A stretch of 64,000 nucleotides of DNA from Octopus sinensis. Lineage: Eukaryota. The stretch lies in contig NC_042999.1 of the NCBI RefSeq assembly GCF_006345805.1, positions 14,632,001-14,696,000 on the forward strand, read 5' to 3'. Under the pieces are notes generated by a model. It did no database searches and had not been told where the DNA came from. It saw only the letters and a list, made by a program, of their open reading frames with translations. Shown one piece after another: positions 24,037-35,788 of this stretch. Position 1 is the stretch's first letter, and each line of letters starts with the position of its first letter. The position numbers and the translations under genes are program-made.

Positions 24037-24176
24037 AACCTGATGCCATTTAACATGTAGTAACGTCATATTTGACTATGAGAAGTAGAATTTAAACAAA
24101 CACAATTTCAAAATTTGATGATAATAATCATCATCATCACCACCACCATCATGATCAGCATCACAACGTGATAGAT
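24037..24176 (+). pseudogene. Frameshifted or mis-assembled exon resembling a second TNF strand-A exon
   Basis: Acceptor ctcttctcgtctacAG and donor GTTAGT at 24177. All three frames contain stops. Restoring one base at each of three short homopolymers gives xPDAHLTCSNVIFDYEEVEFKQTQFQNFDDNNHHHHHHHHDQHHNVID. This is a speculative reconstruction. Confidence 0.25.
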
Positions 24177-25087
24177 GTTAGTTTTTTTGTTATTTTTTTT
24201 GTTTTTGTTTTATAGAATATTGACAACATTGAGCCAACTTTATCATTCCACAGCTAAAGTAGATTATCTCATCCAAATATTTTCCTTTTATAGCTTTGGT
24301 TAAACACAAATATGTCAGATAGGATTTCAAGGACTTTATTTCTTATAATTTAGAAATCTTTGGCTTAGTAAAAATTCCTTTTGTAAACACAGTGTACAAA
24401 TCATCAACACTAAGTAGGGATGGCCATGTTGTTTAGTCTCAGTTCACTCCTCACTGTGGTGACCCCATGATAAAAGTCATTTTAACTTGAAAATCTTGTC
24501 CTTTTCTCTGGCAGAGTGCACATAGAACCATCTTATTCAATGCATCTTTTTCTGTGATGGTAGCCTGATAGTTGAAGGATCTTTAACTGCTATTTTCTTA
24601 TCTGGGCTCACATTATGTCTGGTGTTCTGAAGCTCAAAAACAATTTGTCTACTTTAAGATAAGCTGGTATTTGAGGGAGAATTGCCTGCTATTTTCACAT
24701 TTGGGCTGATGCATCTTCCAGTATTCCTTCTTATTTCTTTATTGCCCACAAGGGGCTAAACATAGAAGGGACAAACAAGGACAGATAAAGGGATCAAGTC
24801 GAGTACATTGACCCAAGTGCATAACAGGTACTTAATTTATTGACCCCAAAAGGTTGAAAGGCAAAGTTGACCTCGGCGGAATTTGAACTCAGAACATAGC
24901 GGCAGACAAAATACTGCTAAGCACTTCGCCCGGCATGCTAATGTTTCTGCCAGCTCACCGCCTTCTGTTATCAATCATGTTCAGGCTATGGTTTGAGGGA
25001 GATTTGGCTGTTATTTTCATACCTTGGCTAGTACTACATCCGCTGCTCTTATTTTCCTTGATCAAACTCAAAAACAAGTTACTCCCT

Positions 25088-25461
25088 TTACTCTTTTACT
25101 TGTTTCAGTCATTTGACTGTGGCCATGCTGGAGCATCAACCCCAAGACTTATTCTTTGTAAGCCTAGTACTTATTCTATCGGTCTCTTATGCTGAACTGC
25201 TAAGTTACAGGGATGTAAACACACCAGCATCGGTTGTCAAGTGATGTTGGGGGAACAGACACACAAACACACACATATATATATACATACATATATACGA
25301 CAGGCTTCTTTCAGTTTCCATCTACCAAATCCACTCAGAAGGCTTTGGTCGGCCTGAGGCTATAGTAGAAGACACTTGCCCAAGGTACCATGCAGGGGGA
25401 TTGAGTCCAGAACCATGTGGTTGGTAAGCAAGCTACTTACCACACAGCCACTCCTACACCT
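25088..25461 (-). mobile_element. Family B SINE
   Basis: Reverse-complement copy with a small internal deletion. Confidence 0.75.
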
Positions 25462-26859
25462 AAAGTTGTCTACTTTAAGATGGTAAGCTGTTATTTGAGG
25501 GAGAGTTGGCTGCTGTTTTCAAATCTGGGCTGTTGCCTCTGCTGGTGTTTGTTCTCTCCTTGATCTAGTTCAAAAGCAATTTTCTGACATTGTTTTTCCT
25601 TTATCTTTTACTTGTTTCAATCTTTAAACTGTGGCCATGCTGGGGCACCACCTTGAAGAATTTTAGTCAAATGATTTGATTCCAGTACTTATTAATTTTT
25701 TAAAGCCTGATACTTATTCTCTTGATCTCTAAGTAATGGGAAAACAAACAAACCAACACCAGTTGTCATGCAATAGTGGGGAACAAACACACACACACAC
25801 ACACGATGGGCTTCATTCAGTTTCTGCCTACCAAATTCTGCCTCACAAGGCTTTGGTTGACCCCAAGCTATTGTAGAAGACACTTGCCTAAAACATCATG
25901 CAGCAGGAACTGAACCTGGAACCATGCGGTTGGAAAGAAGACTTTTTACCACTCAGCCACTCCTGCACCTTCGTTTATTATTTTTGAAGTTCAACTTTAA
26001 CCCTTCTCTCATTACTGGGACATTCTTTTTATCTATGCTATGGTACCTGTTCTGCTGAACTTCCCTTCTCATGAGCTTCCCTTTTTTTTTTTCATTTTCT
26101 TTTTCATTCTTATGCTTCTCCTTTAATCAAGTGACTCACAATCCTTCTAATTCTCTTCCTTTCAATGTTGTTCTTGTTATTGTTTCCAATTGCTTGAAGA
26201 GTTTCTCTCAAATAGCTGTCTTATAGAACTCTCTTCCTTCTCATTTCTCTGATATAATCTTAATTCTTTTAAATCTTGTTCTGATTGATTTATAGATTTT
26301 AGGGCGGTATCTCATTAGATTTCCTTTCTTTTGTAACTCCCACAAGACTAAGTAATTGCTTGAGGTTTGTTTTATTACTGTTTGCTCGCTGCTGCCTTCT
26401 TGGAAGTGACTTACAACAACAAAAGAAAACACGTAGAGGTGTGGTTATGAGGTTAAGAAGCTCACTTCACAACCATGGGGTTTTCAGTTCAGTCCCACTG
26501 TGCAGCACTTTAAGAAAGTATATTCTACCATAGCTCTGAATCAACCAATGCCATGTGAGGGAATTTGATCAATGAAAACTGTGTGGCAACCGATTGTGTG
26601 CATGTGTGGCCACCATGTAACAGATGTTGGTTTCTCTAAACCCTTAACTTAGCAGTTTAACAAAAGAGACTGCTAAATTAAATACTAAGTTAAATACTAA
26701 AAATAGTGCTGGATTTTGATTGGTTTCAATGAAATTTTTCAGGATATTGCTCCAGCATGACCTGGCTTGTAGATGACGAAAGTGATGGAGATGTTGGATT
26801 AACAATATTGCTAGATTATGTTCAATCACTAACGATGCAATTTGTCTATAACCTATAGA

Positions 26860-27280
26860 TCATCATCATCAATTAACATGTTTTCCATGCTGGTATGGGT
26901 TGGATGGTTTGACTGGGGACGGGCAAGCCAGGAGGCTGCACCAGGCTCCAGTCTGATCTGGTAATGTTTCTACAGCTAGATGCCCTTCCTAATGCCAACC
27001 ACTCCAAGGGTATACTGGGTGCTTTTTACATGCCACTGGCATGGGAGCCAGGCAGGCAGCACAGGCATCGGCCACGTTTGGATGGTGCTTTTTACCTGCC
27101 ACCAGCACAGGAGCCAGTGGATGGGAGGCTGGCATGGACCATGTTCGGCTGGTGCTCTTCACATGCCACTGGCACAGGGAGCCAGTCAGATGGCTCTGGC
27201 AATGACCCACGCATGAATGGTGCTTATTGTGTGCCAGCAGCACTGGTATCGGCCACAACTACAATTTCTATTTGATTGTG
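26860..27280 (-). mobile_element. Family A copy
   Basis: (CAT)n tail, internal units and the caactacaatttc upstream block shared with 18975-19475. Confidence 0.7.
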
Positions 27281-28408
27281 ATTTGATATTATTAACTGTA
27301 AAATGAGTACCACACAGTGGATGAAAAACTCATTACTATAAACAGCAGAAGCACTGTATTATTGCCTCATGTTTCCATAGCTTATGGTACAGAATTCATC
27401 TCTTTTGAGTATAACTTGGAGTGGAGTGTGTTTTGCTACTCTGTCACCCCAGTACTTCACATTCATTGCCTGTGAGTAGTGTTGCTATAATTCAAGGTTT
27501 TACAATAAAGCTGATTGTAAATAAACTGACACACAATGCAAGACAGTGCACACACTCACACACGTGTGTGAAGGGGTATGGTTAGGGTGTTGCGCTTATG
27601 ATTGTTAGATCAAGGGTTTCAATTACAAATCAGGTGGTTCAGTGTGTTCTTGAACTCCAGTCTACTCAGCTGTAAATGGTTCACCCTCTGACAGAACAGA
27701 TTTCTGATCAGGGAGGAATGTTAGCCTGCTTGCCAAGCCAGTAAGGTTGTGTCATACAAAACCTAAAACAATGTGAAGTGCATTGTGATCAATGATGTAT
27801 AACAGCATTCAGTAGAATAATCAATACTGTGATATATACACATATATATACTCATACGCCATATTTACTTGTATATAAGTCACACTATTTTATACCCAAT
27901 TTTAAGTTAAAAAATTGGGTATGACATCATCATCATCATCGTTTAACGTCCGCTTTCCATGCTAGCATGGGTTGGACGGTTCAACTGGGGTCTGGCAAGC
28001 TCGAAGGCTGCACCAAACCAGTCAGATCTGGCAGTGAGTCAGATCTATGTATATATATGTATAATCATTTTACATCCACTTTTCCATGTTCTCATGCAGT
28101 GAACAGAGTTCATTAAGGAATGTTCTTATGTAACTTGTCTTGTAAGTAGGTAGAATTTAGTAGCTCTAGCAGTTTTAATGTCTATTAGTAAATAAATCTA
28201 CTACAATAATTCCACACATAAGCTTGTTGAGACAAAATGAAAACTTGCAAAATAAAACATTTAATGTCATCACATTTCACCTGTTTCTAAGCTAGGTAAT
28301 AATGTCCCATAGTCTAAAACGATTCCACAGAAAATTGGAAATGAATGACTGCTTGTATGGCAGTAACACAACTATGATGCAACGTCTAGGCAGAAACATT
28401 TGCACGAA

Positions 28409-28825
28409 GGCGGCGAACTGGCAGAAACGTTAGCACGCCGGGCGAAATGCTTAGCAGTATTTCGTCTGCCGCTACGTTCTGAGTTCAAATTCCACCGAGG
28501 TCGACTTTGCCTTTCATCCTTTCGGGGTCAATTAAATAAGTACCAGTTACACACTGCGGTCGATATAATCGACTTAATCCATTTATCTGTCCTTGTTTGT
28601 CCCCTCTATGTTTAGCCCCTTGTGGGTAGTAAACAAATACGTATTTCGTCTGTCTTTACGTTCTGAGTTCAAATTCCGCCGAGGTCGACTTTGCCTTTCA
28701 TCCTTTCGGGGTCAATTAAATAAGTACCAGTTACACACTGGGGTCGATGTAATCAACTTAATCCGTATGTCTGTCCTTGTTTGTCCCCTCTGTGTTTAGC
28801 CCCTTGTGGGCAGTAAAGAAATAAG
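28409..28825 (+). mobile_element. Family C SINE, partial-tandem dimer
   Basis: Same architecture. TSD AGAAACATTTGCAC/AGAAACATATGCAC (28392-28405, 28824-28837). Confidence 0.8.
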
Positions 28826-29131
28826 AAACATATGCACATGCACAAGCTTCTTTGAAAACTTTGGTCAGCCTGGGGTTATAGTGGAAGACATTTTTACCCA
28901 AGATGAATCACAATGGGACTGAACCTGAAGCTATGCAATTAGAAAGTACAAGTGCTTTTACATACCGGTGACACGTAGAAGCACCTGTGCTGGTGACACA
29001 TAATGGCACCTGTGGAATGTAACAGGTACCCATGCTGGTGACATGTAAGAACACCCATGCTAGTGACACATAAAAACACCAGTGACACATAACAGGCACC
29101 TGTGCTGGCAACACATAATGGTACCTATACC

Positions 29132-29384
29132 TATTTCTTTACTACCCACAAAGAGCTAAACACAGAGAGGGCAAACAAGGACAGACACATGGATTAAGTC
29201 GATTACATCAACCCCAGTGCGTAACTGGTGCTTAATTTATCGAAAGGATGAAAGGCAAAGTCGACTTCGGCGGAATTTGAACTCAGAACGTAACGACAGA
29301 CGAAATACCGCTAAGCATTTCACCCGGTGTGCTAACGTTTCTGCCAGTTTGCCGCCTTGGCCCTCTGTGGGTAGTAAAGAAATA
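29132..29384 (-). mobile_element. Family C SINE with an extra inverted tail
   Basis: 12-bp TSD GGTACCTATACC (29120-29131, 29385-29396). Confidence 0.8.
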
Positions 29385-30167
29385 GGTACCTATACCAGTG
29401 ACATGCAAAAGCGCCTTACTGGTGACACATAAAAAGTGCCCATTACACTCTTGGAGTGGTTGGTGTTTTCATAGGCATCCAGCTGTAGAAATCATGCCAA
29501 AATCAGACTGGAAGCTGATGTGGCTCTCTAGTTTACCTGTTCCAATCAAACCGTCAAACCCATGCCAGCATGGAAAGTGGATGTTGAATGACGATGATCA
29601 CATGATCCACCAGACTATAAGATATTGTTATACATCACTTGTCACATGCACTTTGCATCATTTTAGCTTCTGAAAGATGCCACACCATACTGGCTAGGTG
29701 AGCGGACCAACACCCCGCCCTCCACTGGAGGGTTAGTTGTAAATGGCTAACGCTGCAGCAGATTGAGTGGACTGGAGCAATATAGAATGAAATATTTTGC
29801 TCAAGAACACACACTGGTCAGTCCAGGAATTGAACTTCCGATCTTGCAATCATGAGTGCAGAGATGTATATTAGTTTTTATTTAGTTAAGCCTGAAAGCT
29901 GCAACCACCATCTGCAGAGATTAAATACTTACATTTAAAGCAGAGAGTCAGATAGCACAAACTACTTTATCTGGTTGTTTATAATCTGTGAAAAGTTTTC
30001 TCATCATCTTGCATAGATATTAAATATTCTTATCATGTTCTTATGTAACTTGTCTTGTAACTAGGTAGAATTTAGTGGCTCTTGCAATTTTAATGTCTAT
30101 TAGTAAATAAATCTGCTACAATAATTCCACACATAAGCTTATTGTGACAAAATGAAAATAAACACTT

Positions 30168-30485
30168 CATCATCATCATTTAGCATCCGCTTTCCATGCT
30201 AGCATGGGTTGGACGGTTCAACTGGGGTCTGTGAAGCCAGAAGGCTGCATCAGGCCCAGTCTGATCTGGCAGTATTTCTACGGCTGGATGCCCTTCCTAA
30301 CGCCAACCACTCCGTGAGTGTAGTGGGTGCTTTTTTATGTGCCACCCGCACAGGTGCCAGACGGAGCTGGCAAACGGCCACGAACAGATGGTGCTTTTAC
30401 GTGCCACCGGCACGGGGGCCAGGCAAAGCTGGCAATGGACACGAACGGATGGTGCTTTTACATGCCACTGGCACGGGGGCCAGGC
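30168..30485 (-). mobile_element. Family A copy
   Basis: (CAT)n tail and three internal units. Confidence 0.7.
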
Positions 30486-31183
30486 GAGGCTTGCAAAATA
30501 AAAACGGACTTGCAAAATAAAAATTGTCTCAGTGAAGCAGTATATAATAATAGTGTAAAGACTCAGTGAAAATGTTATTCTAGCAATTTTCACTGGTTTC
30601 TATTTGGGAAATACCATTAGCTATTATGCAACTGTGTTGATTTGGGTCTGGCAGACTGGGTGAAAGAGATATGATTAGTCATTTCGACTCACTGCAGGAA
30701 TTACCACAGTTGAGGAAATTCCAGACACCTGATGCCCTGAAGAGGAAGGCAATTGGTGCAGCGAGGGGCACATTGTAGGTGACAAGAGGAAATTGCTAGG
30801 TAGACAAAGGGTATAATTAACTGAATCTCAGGAGCAAGGAAAAGTTGTAGTAGCAGTAATAAGCAGAGGAGAGAGAGAGAGAGAGACAAAGTATCTGGGG
30901 GTTACAGAATGAAGTTTATGTGTGAGTGACATTATGTATTTCTTTACTACCTACAAGGGGCTAAATATGGAGGGGACAAACAAGGACAGATACACGGATT
31001 AAGTCGATTACACCAACTCCAGTGCATAACTGGTACTTAATTTATCGACTGTGAGAGGATGAAAGGTAAAGTCGACATTATGGTCAACAGTTGGGTTGTT
31101 TTCTTTTTGTGTAAGATATATGCAGAACAACAGCATTATTCCAGTTGCAGGAGAAGTATTCTATTGTAGATCTAACTTGTGCT

Positions 31184-31825
31184 TTAACTCTTTAGCATTT
31201 AAACCATATCAGGCCAAAATACTCTCCCTGTTTTATATCCAAACTGGACAGATCCAGCCTCTTATCCCAACCCTACAATCATCATCATCATTTAACGTTC
31301 GTTTTCCATGCTAGCATGGGTTGGAAGGTTCGACTGGGGTCTGGGAAGCCAGGAGGCTGCACCATACTCCAGTCTGATCTGGCAGTGTTTCTACAGCTGG
31401 ATGCCCTTCCTAATGCCAACCACTCCGTGAGAGCTTTTTACATGCCACCGGCACAGGTGCCAGGGGAGGCTGGCAATGGCCACGATCGGTTGGTGCTTTT
31501 TACGTGCCACAGGCACGGAAGCCAGTCAAGGTGACGCTGACATCGGCCACATACGGATGGTGCTTTTTTAGGTGCTAGGGTAGGCTGGCAACGGCCACGA
31601 TTGGTTGGTGCATTTTACGTGCTACCGGCACGGAAGCCAGTCAAGGCGGCGCTGGCATCGGCCACGTACAGATGCTGCTTTTTACATGCCACCAGCACAA
31701 TGTCACTCTAAAAATATAAAATTGTTTATCAAAATCTCAAAGCAACAAGATAATGCATAATTCGAAACAATGTGAATAAATAAGCATTACATTACACAAA
31801 ACAATCTGAATGGGGAAAAGGTTAA
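31184..31825. mobile_element. Same piggyBac-type MITE in the opposite orientation, interrupted by family A (31279-31700)
   Basis: TTAA-CTCTTTAGCATT ... AAAGG-TTAA termini. An ACAAT duplication flanks the insertion. Confidence 0.65.
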
Positions 31826-32200
31826 AGAGAATCAAAACCTGTTAGAAACTAGAGTATCTCCTGGCCCCGAATAAGAAGGTGGGGTTTGGCAATTAGAGCT
31901 TTTGATATAGTAATAACAAAAGCTCATAGGCTGAAGGATATAACATGCGATTCCAAATGCTACTGAATTAAATGCAAGGCTACAGAACAATTCTGAACTA
32001 AAACAAAATTTACTACAAACACATACAAGATAAACAAACCTGAAATACTAATTGTATTACTACAATATTAACTACTGTTATTATGGCAATGAGCTGGCAT
32101 AACCTTTTGTACACTGGACAAAATGCTCAATGCATTTCACTCATCTTTAAGTCCTAAGTTCAAAACTGCCAAGATCAATTTTTGTCTTTCTTCCTTTTAA

Positions 32201-32450
32201 AATAAATGCGCCCTTTTAAAGCCTAGCCAGGCTCATGGGCCCGGTTTCCCGGTTTCAGTAGCATATGTGCTCCCCAGCTGGACGGGACATCAGTCCATCG
32301 CAGCGTTACTCATTTTTGCCAGCTGAGTGGACTGGAGCAGCATGAAATGAAGCGTTTTGCTCAAGAACACGTGTCACCCGGTCCAGGAATTGAAACCACA
32401 ATCTTACAATCATTATGCTGACACCCTAACCATTAAGCCACGTGCCTCCA
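32201..32450 (-). mobile_element. Family D SINE
   Basis: Reverse complement of 33853-34072, with a more complete middle. Confidence 0.75.
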
Positions 32451-33852
32451 CTCTTTCTTCCTTTTTGGGATCAATAAAATAAGTACCAGTTCAGTACTGA
32501 GGTTGATGTAGTTGAATAGCCCCCTCCCGCCAAAAATGCCATGCTTTGTGCCTATAGTAAAAAGTAATATTATTATCCTCAAAGTTAAGCCTTCTTGTTC
32601 AGAGCCAGAAAAGAGAAAAAAGAATTGAATTTTGTAGAGGACCAAAACACTAGAAACTAAAATTAGCTACACAACAGAATACTGTTCCTACTCTTGAACA
32701 GCGTTGCTGCTGCATATGAACATATTAGACTGTATCCGAAATAAAAACCACCCAATTAATTGCTGTAATTCAAAAAGAAAGCCATCACAAATAACATTAC
32801 AGCTGTTGTTATTTAACAGCTCTGATCAGTCATACTGAAACAGGCTCCCAGCAGAAAGACAGCTGATTAAATGTCTATCAAGCCAGATCTACAGATGTTC
32901 AGTTTGTTGGTTTATGTCAAACAGCATCCAATTATTTGTTGTTCTAATTGTGGCTTTCTTGTAGAGAATATTGTCTTTTGATTTAAAGACTAGAAACAAT
33001 TTTCAGATTTTAAAAACATAATAGGACAAGCTGTTACTGGCTCAGCTAATTACCCAGTTTAGTGGAGGTTGAATAGGAAGGTTAACACAATAGTTAGAGA
33101 CTTTGTTATAATAACATACAAAGTAACCAATTGTGGAAAATATTAGAGTCAAATTATATAAGTGGAAATGCTGAATAAATCAATTAAGTTTTGTTCTATT
33201 ATAAAAACCAGCAAGGAAAATATATTTCCTGGATGTCGATAAGTCAAAATTTGACAATGAAATGTCTGATTGACAAGATAAAATTATTGATAATGTATGA
33301 AATGGTTTCAATTTTGGCATCAAGAAAGTTGCCCAAAATAAGGTGAAATGTCACTATGCTCATAAGATGTACGTGACCCTTATAAAATAGAGAATGTTAA
33401 GTTTAAGGAAATAAAAAGCAGGGTTACTATTGTGAAATGTTATAGTACTCTAACTATCAAGAGATAGAGGGATAATGAATCTGTTTTTTAGGCACTAATA
33501 CATTTTGATGCGGAAATGTACCACATGCTAATAATGTGCATAGAAAGAATCTGATTTCATGTGCAGCAATGTATATAGAAAAGTGTGATCAGCCATCGCA
33601 ATAATTAGACAAATATGTTGGATATAGCTGCTAAAACTGTTGCCATGTATGACTGCAGTTGCTATCAGATGACATGCACGCCAATTAATCTAGCCACATG
33701 CTAATTACTGATAGAGAATGATAAAGAATTAAATGTCAAAATTTACTCAGCTGTAAATGACAACCATGGGTGTAAGTTCACTTTGCTAACACATTAGAAA
33801 TATGGTCTTACTTTTTCCTGGAAAGTTTCATTACACAATTCTTTCTACAAAT

Positions 33853-34072
33853 GTGGAGGTGCATGGCTTAGTGGTTAGGGTGTCAGCATCATGATTGTAA
33901 GATTGTGGTTTCGATTCCTGGACTGGGCGACGCATTGTGTTCTTGAGCAAAAGACTTCATTTCACGTTACTCCAGTCCACTCAGCTGGCAAAAATGAGTA
34001 ACACTGCAGAACAGATTCGCCATAGAAACCAGGCCCATGAGCCTGGCTAGGCTTTAAAAGGGCACATTTATT
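33853..34072 (+). mobile_element. Family D tRNA-derived SINE
   Basis: A-box tggcttagtggtt, B-box ggtttcgattcc, tail gagcctggctaggctttaaaagggc. Reverse copy at 32201-32450. Confidence 0.75.
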
Positions 34073-34076
34073 TTGA

Positions 34077-34305
34077 AGGCGGTGAGCTGGCAGAAACATT
34101 AGCACGCCAGGCAAAATGCTTAGCGGTATTTCATCTGCCGTTATGTTCTGAGTTCAAATTCCGCCAAGGTCGACTTTGCCTTTCATCCTTTCGGGGTCAA
34201 TGAATTAAGTACCAGTTATGCACTGGGGTCGATGTAGACTTAATCCCTTTGTCTGTCCTTGTTTGTCCCCTCTATGTTTAACCCCTTGTGGGCAATAAAG
34301 AAATG
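34077..34305 (+). mobile_element. Family C SINE
   Basis: Full monomer. Further copies at about 24725-24965(-), 37705-37945(-), 53925-54157(+), 58890-59122(-), 62840-63075(-) and 55310-55830(+, degenerate cluster). Confidence 0.8.
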
Positions 34306-35020
34306 ATCTCTGCCTTCTTCAGTCTTTTTGCTCTGCACTTCATGCCAATAAAACACCTACAGCAGTAAGCTGCACCTCTACATAGCATTTTAGTTTAAGG
34401 AAAGGTATTAAGTTATGATCCTCTTTCTACTATTTCCTGTATCCTCCAACACTACAAAAAAGCAACTCAAATGGGTCAGATTATTGTTACAGTTTTATTT
34501 CTTTTATAAATAAAGTTACAAACTTCTATTTAAATTGAAGAGCAAAAATTTGAATAACTTTAAGAAAAAAATATATCTTAATTTCACTCTTCTCTACCAA
34601 AAACAACATCTAAAGCACAAAAGTTGCATTGCTGAAATAGTCTTCCTGTTATTAATCCTATTTTATCTACAAATTTTTTACTCCTAATCACACTGATGTG
34701 AGATTATGCTTTTAAAAGAGGTATATTTTTCTACTTAACCCCAGTATTAGGAAATAATAACAGACCCCCTTCATCTTGGTGTTTATGTGTGAAGAAGCAC
34801 ATTCGTTCATGCACTGACTATTTTGTGCTCATATTTTTAATGGAATAAAGTGTGTGCTTTGATTAATTTTCAAAAATAAAAGAAAATTTAATGATAAGGG
34901 TTTTATGAAACAACAGCTCAGAATCAAGATTATTGATCATTCATCCATTATTGATTTTGAATTGTTCTTTTTATTATGCATATGGCCACTAATCATTTCT
35001 GTTTTCTTCTCTATCTTCAG

Positions 35021-35457
35021 TACCTGGTAAACAAATAACAATTGGTGAATGGATTTTTAACAGAGATCTTGGATTTATCCAAAGAGCCAAATATCGTCAT
35101 GGTAGAATCGTTATTCCATCTACAGGAGTATATTTCATCTATAGCCAAGTATCTTTCTTGGAGGTGGTTGATATCAAACAAGGCAACTCAAAACCACCAT
35201 CAACAACTTCACCAAGTTTATCACATTACCTCTATAGGTATAATTTGATCTATCCTCATGGAGGAGAAGAAACATTGATCCAAAACTCTATAACTAAGTG
35301 TTGGGGTCATAATAAATCCTTCGGGGAATACACTAGCTACCTTGGAGCAGTTTTTCAGCTGAGACAAGGGGATGAAATCTTTGTTAAGGTTTCAAATCTA
35401 ACATTACTAACAAATGACCCTAAATCAAATTATTTTGGATTGTTCAAAATTAATTGA
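35021..35457 (+). CDS. Terminal coding exon of a TNF-superfamily ligand (TRAIL/TNFSF10-like TNF homology domain)
   Basis: Polypyrimidine tract and acceptor ttcttctctatcttcAG end at 35020. Phase-1 open frame reads PGKQITIGEWIFNRDLGFIQRAKYRHGRIVIPSTGVYFIYSQVSFLE...QNSITKCWGHNKSFGEYTSYLGAVFQLRQGDEIFVKVSNLTLLTNDPKSNYFGLFKIN*, with TGA at 35455-35457. TNF motifs G-x-Y-x-I-Y-S-Q-V, YLG-x-x-F-x-L-x-x-GD-x-I-x-V and YFGLF are present. Confidence 0.95.
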
Positions 35458-35757
35458 ATTTGGCAAAGAAAATAAAGGATGTTAGAGAGAAAGAAAAAAA
35501 GGAAATTTCAAAAAAATATTCACACTTGCTCCAACTGATATGGTTTTTTTTTTTTTTTTTTTTTACATAAAACCTGCAAACAAGTTAATGATAATCTCTC
35601 AATAAAATCCAATTTTTTATACAATTACACACATCTTTAATAAGGTTCAGTTGGAAAAAAATATAAATTTAACAAATAAAATGAAAGAACTAAACCAAAA
35701 AAGCGAGAAAGTTAAAAACAGAAAAAAATTCTTTAAGTGGTTTTGAAAACTGAAAGC

Positions 35758-35788
<31 letters not shown>

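Noticed and set aside
27380-27475. AG...GTGAGT-bounded open segment in the TNF intron
   Set aside because: Weak acceptor, no TNF similarity, and it would disrupt THD spacing.
13540-29110. CRISPR-like arrays (13540-13631; 28955-29110)
   Set aside because: Eukaryotic context with no cas genes. The first has only two repeats and the second is a degenerate tandem array without unique spacers.
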